A stretch of DNA of 64,000 bases from Kiritimatiellia bacterium (GCA_050950285.1 JBMNHG010000008.1:744001-808000); one strand, 5' to 3'. Counted from the stretch's first letter, positions 47,985 through 58,001 are shown. The notes: a model not told the origin generated them from the sequence alone. Numbers and translations are program-made.

Positions 47985-49090
47985 TCCTGCACGGGAACGC
48001 GGACGATGCTGTCCACCTGCAGGGTCGGATACCGTGCCCCGGTGTTCCAGGTTTCCGTTCCGATGGCGCGGACGGTGGTTCCGCGAAGCGCCTCGAAGCG
48101 CTCCGGGGGGCCGGAAAGAAAACACAGCGTAAGGGCGCGTCCCTGGGTGTCGCGCCGCACGAGGCGGTATTCGCCCCGGTTCGTAAGGGAGAAGCGCTGG
48201 GTGCCGGCGATTTCGCCCGTGTAGCTGGCGTTGGCGCTCGAGACGGTGATGACCTCGCGGCGGGTTGGCCGGGAGGCGCTCCGGCGCGAACTCGCGCCGG
48301 GGCGCGTTTCGGCGTAGGTCCGCGTGACCGTACGGGGAGAAGGCGCGGGTTTTGCGGCGGGCTGGCGGACCTCCCGTTCCACTGCGGCGTGCGGCGCCGC
48401 TTTCACGCGCGGCGCGGGGGCGGGGGCGGGTTTGGGCGCGGCAGCCGGCGCGGCGGCCGCCACGGCTGGCCGGTCCTGCCGCGGGGTTGTCTCGCGACGC
48501 CCCTCGACCGCCTCGGGAGGAACCGGCGCGAACACGGATGCCGGCGGGTCGATGAACGGCGCGGAATCCGCCCGCACAACGGGAGGCGCCGGCGGAACCG
48601 GCGGCGGAGCGGGCGGCTCCACCTTCACGGGCGTGGCCGCTGCAGGAGCGCCGACGGGCGTCACGTATTGGCGGGAAATCCACACGGAGGCGGAGGACGG
48701 CGGCGCAATCTGCAGCCAATCGCCCGCCTTGCCGCGAACCTCCACGCGGTCGCCCTTCACGAGCATCCCGATGTCTTTGTAGTTCAGGCTCGGGCCGCCC
48801 CGGATCCGTGCCTTGTTCACGATCACGACGTCTTGGTCGACCAGTTCCGCGGAAATCCAGGCGGAGAGCGACGCAGGCGGGCGCACCTGCACCCATTCGC
48901 CTTCGCCCGGCCATTCGACGGCCTCGAGAACCTGCCCCAAGGGCATCATATCGAGTGCCTCGGAGCGGAGGTCGCCGCGCGGGCGCAATGCAACGGAATC
49001 GCCGGTCACGCGCAGGCGCGTGCCGGCGGCGACGCTTCCGGCAAGCGAAAGCGCCAGGACCGTAGCCATTGCAAACCTGAAAACGCGCAT
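47981..49090 (-). CDS. Secreted tandem SH3b-domain protein with Pro/Ala-rich linker
   Basis: Signal peptide; V.LRPRG...EWVQV...AWIS and RIRGGPS...DWLQI...VWIS repeats. Confidence 0.8.
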   Translation of the reverse strand: MRVFRFAMATVLALSLAGSVAAGTRLRVTGDSVALRPRGDLRSEALDMMPLGQVLEAVEWPGEGEWVQVRPPASLSAWISAELVDQDVVIVNKARIRGGPSLNYKDIGMLVKGDRVEVRGKAGDWLQIAPPSSASVWISRQYVTPVGAPAAATPVKVEPPAPPPVPPAPPVVRADSAPFIDPPASVFAPVPPEAVEGRRETTPRQDRPAVAAAAPAAAPKPAPAPAPRVKAAPHAAVEREVRQPAAKPAPSPRTVTRTYAETRPGASSRRSASRPTRREVITVSSANASYTGEIAGTQRFSLTNRGEYRLVRRDTQGRALTLCFLSGPPERFEALRGTTVRAIGTETWNTGARYPTLQVDSIVRVPVQE

Positions 49091-49118
49091 CGGAAAGCGC
49101 CTCCTGGGCAGGACGATA

Positions 49119-49274
49119 CTATTCGGCGGGCTTGGTCTTGACCAATCCGAGACCGCGGTCTCCGTCCTTCCACTGGCCGCGTTCCTTGAGAAGGTTGATG
49201 CGCTCGTAACGCTTCAGGACGTTGCGTTTCACGGTGATCTTGGCATTCGATTTAAGGCTGCGATGCTGGCTCAT
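49119..49274 (-). CDS. PVC small basic protein (TIGR04137-like)
   Basis: MSQHRSLK...KRNVLKRYERI..LKERGQWKDG...GL.KTK, 51 aa. Confidence 0.88.
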   Translation of the reverse strand: MSQHRSLKSNAKITVKRNVLKRYERINLLKERGQWKDGDRGLGLVKTKPAE

Positions 49275-49350
49275 GCTCGTTCCTATCGGCTTATTCGTGT
49301 GCGGAAAAGGTTTGATAAGCATATCATCTTCATGGGAAACTGCAACCATC

Positions 49351-50841
49351 ATGTTTCCCGTGAAAATCGACAAACCCCTCGCCGTCATCCGGGCCGAAGG
49401 CACCGGGGGCAATGTCCGCACCCAGCGTCTCGTCGAATTTGCAGCGGCTCGTTTCGACCCCGATGCCGGCGAAACCTTCCGGTCCTGGCGCTTCAATCCC
49501 GATGTCCCCCTTGCGCCCGAGGTGGAATCCCGGCTGCGCGTCTGCGCGGGAAGCCTCGCCACCCTCCCGGACTTCGCCGCGCATGCCCGGGAGATCGCCG
49601 GGTTCCTCGCCCCGTGCGACCTTTGCGGCTACGACCTGGTCCGCCAGGACATCCCCCTGCTCTGCGGCGAACTCCATCGTGCCGGCGTGAAGGACTTCGC
49701 CCCCGTCTCCCGGCGGATCCTCGACCTCCAGCGCATCTTCCACCGCCACGAGCCCCGCGACCTCTCCGCCGCCGTCCGTACCTACTGCAAAGACGGCCAC
49801 GACGACGCCCACAGCGCCCTGGCGGACGTCCGCGCCACCCTCGACGTGCTTCTGGCCATGTTCCAGCGCCATCCCGAACTCCCCCGCGACATGGAGGCCC
49901 TGGACCGGGCGTACGGCGGACGCGAACTGGCCGGCCTGGCGCGGCGCGCCGCGTTTTCCGGCCCCTCGATCGACCTGGGCGGCCTGCTGGGACTCTCCGG
50001 CCCCACCGCCCCCGAAACCCGCGAACCCCCGGCCCCCGGCGAAGTCTTCCCCATCCACCTCACCCGCCCCCTGCTCGTCTTCGACATCGAAGGCACCGGC
50101 CTGGACGTCCGCACGGAACGCATCATCGAACTGGCCGCCACGCGCGTCGACCCCGACGGCACCCGCGTCTCCCGCCGCTGGCTCTTCCATCCCACCATCC
50201 CCATCCCCGCGGAGTCCACCGCCATCCACGGCTTCACCGACGCCGACGTCGCGGACCAGCCCCCGTTCGCGGACTGCGCCCTGGAGATCTCCGGCTTCTT
50301 CGACCCCTGCGACCTCTGCGGCTTCAACCTGAGCTACTACGACATCCCCCTCCTCCGCGAGGAGTTTTCCCGAGCAGGCATGGACTTCTCCGTCGACGAC
50401 CGCCGGATCCTCGACGTCCAGCGCATCTTCCACTCGTACGAGCCCCGCGACCTCCCCGCCGCCGTCCGCTTCTTCTGTCCCCCCGGCCACCCGCCGTCCG
50501 ACGGCGCCGAGGAAGGCGTGCGCGCCATCGTCGCCGTCCTCGCCGGCCAATGCGCCCGCTATGCCGGCCTCCCCCGCTCCTTCGCCGGCCTCGCCGCCGA
50601 ATACGACCGCCGCGACCCGCGCAACGCAGACCTTGCCGGACGCCTCCGCTGGGCCGACGGCGAAATCGTCGTGAACTTCGGGAAGAAGCGCGGCGAACGC
50701 CTCCGCGACCTCGTCGAACAGGATCCCGGCTTCCTGAAGTGGATCCTCAAGAGCGACTTCCCCTTCGACACCCGCGCCCTCGTCGAAAACGCCCTGGACG
50801 GCTCGTTCCCGCCACCGCCCCCAGAGCTTGGGGAAACGTAG
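49351..50841 (+). CDS. Tandem-duplicated DEDDh (DnaQ-like) 3'-5' exonuclease-domain protein
   Basis: Two homologous halves, each starting FP(V/I)...PL.V...EGTG and containing RRILD(L/V)QRIFH..EPRDL; C-terminal VVNFGKKRG...DPGFLKWIL domain. Confidence 0.85.
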   Translation: MFPVKIDKPLAVIRAEGTGGNVRTQRLVEFAAARFDPDAGETFRSWRFNPDVPLAPEVESRLRVCAGSLATLPDFAAHAREIAGFLAPCDLCGYDLVRQDIPLLCGELHRAGVKDFAPVSRRILDLQRIFHRHEPRDLSAAVRTYCKDGHDDAHSALADVRATLDVLLAMFQRHPELPRDMEALDRAYGGRELAGLARRAAFSGPSIDLGGLLGLSGPTAPETREPPAPGEVFPIHLTRPLLVFDIEGTGLDVRTERIIELAATRVDPDGTRVSRRWLFHPTIPIPAESTAIHGFTDADVADQPPFADCALEISGFFDPCDLCGFNLSYYDIPLLREEFSRAGMDFSVDDRRILDVQRIFHSYEPRDLPAAVRFFCPPGHPPSDGAEEGVRAIVAVLAGQCARYAGLPRSFAGLAAEYDRRDPRNADLAGRLRWADGEIVVNFGKKRGERLRDLVEQDPGFLKWILKSDFPFDTRALVENALDGSFPPPPPELGET

Positions 50842-50972
50842 GGCCGGGAAAGAAGGCGGAGCGCCCCCGACGATGCGCCCGCGATCCGCGGCATGCGAAG
50901 AATTCGATTGCCTTGCGCCCCGCAATGGGCGACATTACCCCCATTACAAGGCCCCCAACCGAAGGAACCGTC

Positions 50973-51347
50973 ATGACTGCTCGCCACTTGGTTTTCGTCG
51001 CACCGCTCGCCGCCCTCCTTGCCGCCGGATGCGCCACGGACGGACGTCGTCCCGCCGCCCCCGCGGTCTCCATCTCCACCCCCACCCCCGCCCCGGCCTC
51101 CGCCGTCGGGAAGCCGGTCGCGGAGCTCATCGCCCAGGCCGGCGAAGGCGCCCGTTTCGAATTCTTCGATGCGGACGGCAATCCCCTCGACGCCCTCCCG
51201 CAGGACGCCGCGGGCAGCGTCTCCATCCATGCCGCCGACGGCAGCGGCCAGCAGAACTTCGCCTTTGGCGCGGACGGGGCGATCCTGTCGCACAAGGCCA
51301 GCCTCGGCGAGGACTATTCCGCCGGCGTCTGGACGGACGTTCCCTGA
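50973..51347 (+). CDS. Hypothetical lipoprotein
   Basis: Lipobox LLAAG-C and SD GAAGGA. Confidence 0.7.
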   Translation: MTARHLVFVAPLAALLAAGCATDGRRPAAPAVSISTPTPAPASAVGKPVAELIAQAGEGARFEFFDADGNPLDALPQDAAGSVSIHAADGSGQQNFAFGADGAILSHKASLGEDYSAGVWTDVP

Positions 51348-51441
51348 TCCATCCCCGTTCCCCGCACCCCGCCCCGCGTTCCGCCTGGGCCAGGCGACGG
51401 CGCGGAGCGGGGCGTTGTTTTCCCTCCGACGGACCCCCTCC

Positions 51442-52812
51442 ATGGATTTTCGCAGGAAGTTGATTCGCCTGGCACTGCCCATCTCCTTCCAGACGCTGAT
51501 GCTGGCGATGGTCGCCGCGTGCGACGCCTTCATGCTCGGCCGCCTGGACCAGGACGCGATGGCCGCCGTGTCGCTCGCCACGCAGGTGCAGTTCGTGCAG
51601 AACATGCTCCTCTCCTGCATCGCCGGCACCTTGTCCATCCTGGGCGCTCAGTACTGGGGGAGGGGAGATGCCGACTCCATCGGGCGCCTCTTCCGCATCA
51701 GCCTGCGCACGGTTCTCGGCGTGTCCGTCGTCTTCGCCTCCGCCTGCATCTTCTTCCCGGACGTCCTGATGCGCCTCTTCGCCAGGAGCGACTCCCCGCT
51801 CGTGGGCATCGGCGCGAGGTACCTGCGCATCGCGGGCGTCTCCTACCTGTTCACCGGCGTGTCGCAGTGCTATCTGGCCAGCATGAAGGTGACGGACCAC
51901 GTGAACCGCGCCACGGCGATCAGCATCGGGACCGTGCTCGTGAACATCGTGCTGAACGCGATCTTCATCTTCGGCCTTTGCGGCGTGCCGCGAATGGGCG
52001 TGGAGGGCGCGGCGATCGCCACGGTGGTCGCGCGCGTGCTGGAGTTCGGCGCAGCGGCCGCCTCCTCGCACCAGCGGGGTTACGTCCGCGCCGGATGGCG
52101 CCGGTTGTTCGAACGCTACCCCCTGTTGTCAAAAGACTTCCGGAAGTGCGCGCTTCCGTTGCTGGGCGGCGCGTTTTTCTGGGGGATCGGCTTCTCGTCG
52201 TACACGGCGGCGATGGGGCACATCGGCGACGATGCCGCGGCCGCCAACGCCGTCGCGGCCGTGATCCGCGACCTGCTTTGCTGCCTCTGCGACGGCACCG
52301 CCTATGGCGGCGGCATCGTGGTGGGGAACGAGCTGGGCGCGGGCAATCTCGCGAGGGGCAAGCGGTACGGAGGGAAGCTCGCGAAAATCTCCGTCGTCAC
52401 CGGATTCGTCGCCATGGCGATGGTGCTGCTTTCCATCCTCCCCGTCACGCGCTTCCTGCCGATCGACCTCACCGACGAAGCGCGCGAGCTGCTGGGCCAG
52501 ATGATGGTCGTCCTTTCGATCTACATGGTCGGGCGCTGCGTGAACACCATCGTGATCAACGGCATCTTCGCGGCGGGCGGCGACACGCTCTTCGACTTCT
52601 ACAGCCTGGCCGTATGCATGTGGGGGCTGGCGGTTCCGCTGGCCTTCCTGGGCGTGTTCGTCTTCCACTGGCATCCGGTGCTCGTCTACGCCTGCACGTG
52701 CGTGGACGAAGTGGGGAAACTCCCGTGGGTCGCGGCCCACTACAGGCGCTACCTCTGGGTGAAGGACCTTACGCGGCCATCCGAAGCCCGCGCATCCGAA
52801 GCCTGCGCATAA
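51442..52812 (+). CDS. MATE family efflux transporter
   Basis: LALPI...D.FMLGRL, AQYWG, NIVLN.IFIFG...MGVEGAAIAT and AGGDT; about 12 TM segments. Confidence 0.92.
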   Translation: MDFRRKLIRLALPISFQTLMLAMVAACDAFMLGRLDQDAMAAVSLATQVQFVQNMLLSCIAGTLSILGAQYWGRGDADSIGRLFRISLRTVLGVSVVFASACIFFPDVLMRLFARSDSPLVGIGARYLRIAGVSYLFTGVSQCYLASMKVTDHVNRATAISIGTVLVNIVLNAIFIFGLCGVPRMGVEGAAIATVVARVLEFGAAAASSHQRGYVRAGWRRLFERYPLLSKDFRKCALPLLGGAFFWGIGFSSYTAAMGHIGDDAAAANAVAAVIRDLLCCLCDGTAYGGGIVVGNELGAGNLARGKRYGGKLAKISVVTGFVAMAMVLLSILPVTRFLPIDLTDEARELLGQMMVVLSIYMVGRCVNTIVINGIFAAGGDTLFDFYSLAVCMWGLAVPLAFLGVFVFHWHPVLVYACTCVDEVGKLPWVAAHYRRYLWVKDLTRPSEARASEACA

Positions 52813-52845
52813 GGCCATGGGTTGGCGCCCGCGGTTGTCGCGGGC

Positions 52846-54072
52846 TCACGGGCCGGAGAGGGCGAGAAGGGCGACGGTTGTGGCGTAGAGGTCGCCGCCG
52901 GCCCGGTCCCAGGGGTCGCCTTCGGCGCGCCAGGCCCCACCGCCCCCCGTCGGGGAGAAGTCGCGGGTGGCGGCGACGCGCGCGGCCACTTCGCCGGCTT
53001 CGGCGCGGTTGCCCGCCCGGAAGGCGCGCATCGCGAAGAAGTCGCGGTAGAGGTTCTTCGACGGCTCGATGCCGGAGACGTCGCCCGCCTCGGAGAGGCG
53101 GTCGAGGGCGCGTGCGGCGGCGGGGGCGAGCGAGGCGAATTCGCGGCCGAGGTCGAGCAGCCCCCAAGCGCCCATGGCGGAGAGGGTGGAGCTTCCGGAG
53201 ACGGCGTCTCCATCGGATCGATAGGCCACGGAACCATCCTCGCCCACCTGTGCGCCCAGCCAGCGGAGGCCGCGCCGGAGGTGTCCTTCCGGGTCGCCCC
53301 ATCCGGCGTTGCGCGCCTGTGCGAGCGCGTCGAGCTGCCATACGGTGAGGGCCGTGTTGCCCGGGGATTGCCCGGTGTAATCCCAGCCGCCGGCGGAGGA
53401 CTGGCGGGCGCGGATGAAGGCCACGGCGGAACGGAGCGCCCCGTCCCACGCGGCGGAACCGGTGCGTTCGCGAAGTTGGAAGAGGGCGCGCGTGGCGATG
53501 CCTTGGTTGTAGAGCTGCGAGAGCCCGTGGGACGAGAAGGAGCCGTCGGGACGCTGCAGGGCGGCCAGCGCGTCCGCCGCGCGGCATGCCGCCGCAAGAT
53601 GGGCCTCCTCCGGGCTTTCGCCCAGGGCCATGGCGGCCAGTCCGGTGAGGGCGGGGAGGTAGCTGTCGGTTCCGCCGAAACGGGAGGGAATCCACGTGCC
53701 GTCGGCCTCCTGGCATCCGGCGAGCCAGTCGCATGCGCCGGAGACCTGCCCCGTCGGCGGGAGCGAGGCGACGGCATCGGGGGGGGAGGCGGTCGAAAGC
53801 GCGTGCCGCAATCCCGCGTAGGCGAGGATCGCGAGGCAGGCCGCAGCCGCCAGCGCGTGGCGGAAGAGGCGCCAGCGGCGCGCCGTTTTTTCCGCGGCGG
53901 CTTCGGCGCGCACGGCGTCCATCACGCGGTCCGCGAGGTCGGGCGAAGGGTCGCGCCCGGGCAGGGCGCGAAGCGCGTCGACCACGTCCGCGAAGGCCTC
54001 GCATCCGGGAGGCGGGGCGCCGGGGGCGGCTTCCGCCGTGCGGCTTCCGCCGCTATGTCTTGTCTTTCGCAT
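52846..54072 (-). CDS. Putative anti-sigma factor with prenyltransferase/squalene-oxidase (QW-type) repeat domain
   Basis: N-terminal PSPDLADRVM, one TM segment, repeats WLAGCQEADGTW / LQRPDGSF / RQSSAGGWDY; overlaps the ECF gene. Confidence 0.72.
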   Translation of the reverse strand: MRKTRHSGGSRTAEAAPGAPPPGCEAFADVVDALRALPGRDPSPDLADRVMDAVRAEAAAEKTARRWRLFRHALAAAACLAILAYAGLRHALSTASPPDAVASLPPTGQVSGACDWLAGCQEADGTWIPSRFGGTDSYLPALTGLAAMALGESPEEAHLAAACRAADALAALQRPDGSFSSHGLSQLYNQGIATRALFQLRERTGSAAWDGALRSAVAFIRARQSSAGGWDYTGQSPGNTALTVWQLDALAQARNAGWGDPEGHLRRGLRWLGAQVGEDGSVAYRSDGDAVSGSSTLSAMGAWGLLDLGREFASLAPAAARALDRLSEAGDVSGIEPSKNLYRDFFAMRAFRAGNRAEAGEVAARVAATRDFSPTGGGGAWRAEGDPWDRAGGDLYATTVALLALSGP

Positions 54073-54613
54073 GCATGAACTCCCGAAGGGCTCGAAGCGC
54101 GTTGAACATGCGCGATTTCACGGTTCCCACCGGAATCCCGAGGATCCGGGCGATCTCCGGGTAGGCGAGGCCCTGCATCACGCCGAGGTCCACCACGGCC
54201 CTGGCTCCATCGCCGAGACGGGCCAGCGCCTCCGCGAGGTCCACGGCATCGGCTGCGGCGGACGGCCCCCTGGAGGTGTCCATCTCGTCGTCGCCATGCT
54301 CTTCCTTCCAGGCCTCCTGGAGGCGGAACACGTTCCTGCGCTTGCGCAACTCGTCGATCCACACCTGCCGGGCGACCAGGAAAAGAAAGGTCGTGAACTT
54401 CGCGGTGGGCCGGTAGCGGTCGCGGTAGCGGAACACACGGACGAACGTCTGTTGCACGAGGTCTTCCGCGTCGCTTCCGGCGCCACAGCGGAGGAAATGG
54501 TTCAGCAAGGCGCGCTGGTGACGCCGTACGAGTTCGGCGAACGACTCGGTGTCTTCGCCTTTCGCCCGCATCATCAGCTCGCGGTCGTCGAGCGGTTCCC
54601 TTTCCTCATTCAT
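54053..54613 (-). CDS. ECF RNA polymerase sigma factor
   Basis: AEDLVQQTF, FTTFLF and Y.EIARILGIPVGTVKSR. Confidence 0.93.
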   Translation of the reverse strand: MNEEREPLDDRELMMRAKGEDTESFAELVRRHQRALLNHFLRCGAGSDAEDLVQQTFVRVFRYRDRYRPTAKFTTFLFLVARQVWIDELRKRRNVFRLQEAWKEEHGDDEMDTSRGPSAAADAVDLAEALARLGDGARAVVDLGVMQGLAYPEIARILGIPVGTVKSRMFNALRALREFMHAKDKT

Positions 54614-57254
54614 CGGAAGAAACGTTGGAATCGGGAGAAGGGTTCATCCGCAATTCCTGCCAGCGTTGCACGTCCGGATTCCGGGGGAAGGCCTTGGCGA
54701 GCGAGGCCAGCACGTCCTGCGCTTCGGCGCCGCGGCCTTCGCGGTGCGCGGCCTGGACGTAGAGGAGGCCCAAGCGGATGCGGTCGCCGGTCTTGCGCAG
54801 CGCCGCCTTGCGCAGGAGCGCGAGCCCTTCGTCCGGGGGGAATGCCCCGGTGCTCATGGCGCGATCCACGAGCTGGAGGGCGGGAGGGACCTCGGGCCAC
54901 AGCGCGAGCGCCCGGCGGGCGTGGTCGAGGGCGAGCGCGCGGTCGCCGGCCTTCCAGAGGGCGTCCGCCCGCTTGCCCAGTTCATTGGCCCGCCGGGAGA
55001 CGGCCAGGTGTTCGGCCGTGCGGAGCACATGGCGCTCCACGGGGGCGAAATCGTCGGTGTAGACCACGGCGTCTGCGGTCCGGAGCGCCTCGTGCCCGGC
55101 TTCGGGCAGGAAGCCGCCTTCGAAATCCGACCATTCCGCGGCGAGGCGGGCCTCGATGGCGGCAGTTTCCATCGGCGCATCGGAGCAGACGAGGATGAAG
55201 GAGGTGCGTGTGTCCGGCTGCGGCGCGTAGCCGAGGATCCGGGCTTCGGGGAAGACCGCCTCCACGGTGCGGAACATCGAACCCAGGAAGCCGGGGGAGT
55301 CCTGCACGTCGAGCACGTGCATGAGGTAGAGGCCGCCGGGGCGGAGCACGGCTCGGACGCGCTCCAGGAATTCGCGGGTGGTGAGGTGGTAGGGCACGGC
55401 CATGTCGCTTACGGTGTCGCCGATGACGATGTCGAAGACCTCCCGGTCGCGCGCGAGGCGGTCGAGCACGCGGCGGCCGTCTTCGGCGAAGCGGATTTCG
55501 CCCTCGCCGGGCTCCGCGTCGAGGTACTGCTCGGCGAAGGCCTGCACCACGGGGTCGATTTCGGCCACCACGAGCGATTGGCAGAGGCGGGATTCGCGCC
55601 ACCGCCGCGGCAGGGCGTAACCGCCGCCGCCGATCATGAAGACGTCGGGGCGGCGGGCGGGTTCGGCGGCGGCAAGCGTATCGGCGCGGGCCTCGACGCA
55701 CGCCGCCAGCATGCGGGTGTACGGTGCGAACAGGCGGTTCGGATCGCGCAAGTCGACCGCCGTGTGGGGGATGCGGTCGAGGAAGAGCGAGCGCCACAAG
55801 GGGTGCTCTTTCCCCTCGACAACCATCACGCGGTTGTAGCGGGTCTCGCGATCCGCGAGGATGGGGCCGTATTCGGCCGCGGCGGCGGGCCGTACGCCGG
55901 CGCCGGCATCGCAGGCGAACCAGAGGACCGCGCCAACAACGGCCAGCCCCGCCACGATGCGGCGGGCGGTCTTCTGCCAGGGCGCCTTCGAGCCGTCGTC
56001 CGCCAGCAGCCAGGCGCCGATGCCGAAGAGCGCCGCCGAGGCCCCCAGCAGTGTCGGGGTGGGGATGCGCCCCACGAGGAAATAGCCGCCCAGGAAGGAG
56101 CCCGCCGCCGATCCGGCCCCGTTCACGGCGTAGCAGTAGCCGATGCCCGAGCGGCGGCCCTCGCGGATGGCGCGTTCGTTCACGAGCGCGGCCAGGGCCG
56201 TTCCCGCCGCACCGGAGGCCAGCGCCATCGGAACGAACGGAAGCGCGGCATGCAGCGGCAGGCGCACGGCGAAGGGCCAGCCCATGGGGGTTGTCCAGCG
56301 CGCCAGCGACACCGAGATGAAGAGTTCCGCCAGCGTGGCGGCACCGCATGCCGCCAGGGCGCCGCACGCCGTGCGCGCCGCGCCGAAACGGTCGGCAATG
56401 CGCCCGCCCAGCAGGCCGCCGGCGCCCATGAAGAGGATGAAGGTCGCATAGAGCGCCCCCCAGGTCAGATGCGAGCCCCCCACGACGGGCGAGGCCAGCC
56501 GCGCGCCGGCCAGTTCGACCACCATGCCCAGGGCGCCTGCCAACGCGGCGAGGGCCAGCGGGAGACGCGGCAACGAGGCGCGGCCCGCCGCCGGCGCCGG
56601 AACGTCTGCAACGGCCTCCTGCCCGGCCGGAGCGCGCGCGCCGCGACGCCAGGCCCAGGCCGCGACGGCGCCGAGAACCAGCAGGCCCGCCACGAGCGAA
56701 TGGGTCGCAACCACGCCCATGGACAGCGGAAGAACCAGCCCGCCCGCGACCGAACCCAGGCAGTACCCCGCCATCGAGGCCGCGTAGAGGCTTCCGAGAT
56801 CGCGGCCCGTGTGGCCCGCACGAACCGCCGCCGCGGCGATGGAGGGCGACACCCATCCCAGCACGAAGGTGGGCGGCACGTACAGCGCGACCGCCGTGAA
56901 GGTCAGTGCCGGCAGGTAGCCCCACCGCGCCGCGGCCCACCCGCCCAGCGCGCGCGCAAGGGCGGGAATCCGCCAGGAGAGGAACGCGCCCGCGGCCAGG
57001 CCAACCACCGCCCACAGCGCGGGGTCGCTCTTGCGGAGGTCGGACAACCGTCCGCCGGCGGCGTTGCCCAGCATCACGCCCGACAAAATCGCGCCGGTGA
57101 TGGCGGCCCAGGTCGCGACCGAATGCCCGAAGACCGGGGCGATCGCCCGCGCCGCCATCAGCTCGAGCAACATCACGCCCGCGCCTGCAAGGAGGAGGGC
57201 CGGCGTCGCAAGCGCCACGTTTCTGTCGGTGCTCTTGGCCATGGTGGAGACCAT
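54606..57254 (-). CDS. Fused MFS/spermidine synthase family protein with C-terminal TPR-like tail
   Basis: Two membrane repeats (LELMAARAIAPVFG; VELAGARLASPVVG), SAM-binding IGGGGYALP, AEIDP, DGR, PYHLTTREF and YTDDFAP. Confidence 0.88.
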   Translation of the reverse strand: MVSTMAKSTDRNVALATPALLLAGAGVMLLELMAARAIAPVFGHSVATWAAITGAILSGVMLGNAAGGRLSDLRKSDPALWAVVGLAAGAFLSWRIPALARALGGWAAARWGYLPALTFTAVALYVPPTFVLGWVSPSIAAAAVRAGHTGRDLGSLYAASMAGYCLGSVAGGLVLPLSMGVVATHSLVAGLLVLGAVAAWAWRRGARAPAGQEAVADVPAPAAGRASLPRLPLALAALAGALGMVVELAGARLASPVVGGSHLTWGALYATFILFMGAGGLLGGRIADRFGAARTACGALAACGAATLAELFISVSLARWTTPMGWPFAVRLPLHAALPFVPMALASGAAGTALAALVNERAIREGRRSGIGYCYAVNGAGSAAGSFLGGYFLVGRIPTPTLLGASAALFGIGAWLLADDGSKAPWQKTARRIVAGLAVVGAVLWFACDAGAGVRPAAAAEYGPILADRETRYNRVMVVEGKEHPLWRSLFLDRIPHTAVDLRDPNRLFAPYTRMLAACVEARADTLAAAEPARRPDVFMIGGGGYALPRRWRESRLCQSLVVAEIDPVVQAFAEQYLDAEPGEGEIRFAEDGRRVLDRLARDREVFDIVIGDTVSDMAVPYHLTTREFLERVRAVLRPGGLYLMHVLDVQDSPGFLGSMFRTVEAVFPEARILGYAPQPDTRTSFILVCSDAPMETAAIEARLAAEWSDFEGGFLPEAGHEALRTADAVVYTDDFAPVERHVLRTAEHLAVSRRANELGKRADALWKAGDRALALDHARRALALWPEVPPALQLVDRAMSTGAFPPDEGLALLRKAALRKTGDRIRLGLLYVQAAHREGRGAEAQDVLASLAKAFPRNPDVQRWQELRMNPSPDSNVSSDE

Positions 57255-57263
57255 GCGCCGGAA

Positions 57264-58001
57264 CTATTTCCCCGCGGCTTCCTTCAGCTTGCGCTGCACG
57301 TCGTTCACCGGCTCGGGCGCCCAGCCTTCCTCCAGGGCTCTCGCGTAGGTCATGCGCTCCACGCGGGCGAGCCCCAGCTTCGCGGCGGTGTCGCGGATTT
57401 CCATGAAGGGCTGCGGACAGACGGCACGGCCGGCGAGGTCGTCCAGCTCCTGGAGGGAAAGGGCGCTCTTCATCAGGCATCCTTCAATCCGGTTGTTGGC
57501 GGCGCCCAGCATCATCGCGAAACCGCGCCACAGCTCCTTTTGGATGCGCACGGACAGCACCTCGTCGCTGGCGCCGGCGGACAGCGCATCGAGGTCCAGG
57601 CGTGCCCAGGGCGCCTCCGGGGCCACGAGGAGCGGGGTGGCGGGGAGACCGGCCGACGGGCCGATCCAGAGCACGGCGCCATTCTCCGCCTTGTCCTCCA
57701 CCGCCGCCGCGAAACCGTCCGGGGACTCCGCGGCGACCGGGCGCGTCGCGAAGCCGTAGACCTGCCGGATCTCCGCCGAAAACGCCTCCGCCGCGCTCTT
57801 CGCGACGGCCGAGCCGGCCGGGTAAAACACGGCGATCGAGGGGCCCTTGCCCATGCGCTCCACCAGGCCGCCCTGGGCCTCGATGAGTGCGCGGGGGCCT
57901 CCCTTCGGAGGCGGCTTCGGGGCGGCTTCCGCCCCATTCGCCACGGTGGCGGCGAGCATTCCGCACGCCGCGAAAACCGCCATCGTCTTGCACCATTTCA
58001 T
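57264..58001 (-). CDS. Hypothetical secreted protein
   Basis: Signal peptide and high-GC codon usage; KELWRG...CLMK segment. Confidence 0.7.
   Translation of the reverse strand: MKWCKTMAVFAACGMLAATVANGAEAAPKPPPKGGPRALIEAQGGLVERMGKGPSIAVFYPAGSAVAKSAAEAFSAEIRQVYGFATRPVAAESPDGFAAAVEDKAENGAVLWIGPSAGLPATPLLVAPEAPWARLDLDALSAGASDEVLSVRIQKELWRGFAMMLGAANNRIEGCLMKSALSLQELDDLAGRAVCPQPFMEIRDTAAKLGLARVERMTYARALEEGWAPEPVNDVQRKLKEAAGK

Noticed and set aside
52778..52811. 15-bp tandem duplication (CATCCGAAGCCyGCG) at the MATE 3' end
   Set aside because: Two copies only, in frame in a terminal tail; probably trivial slippage.
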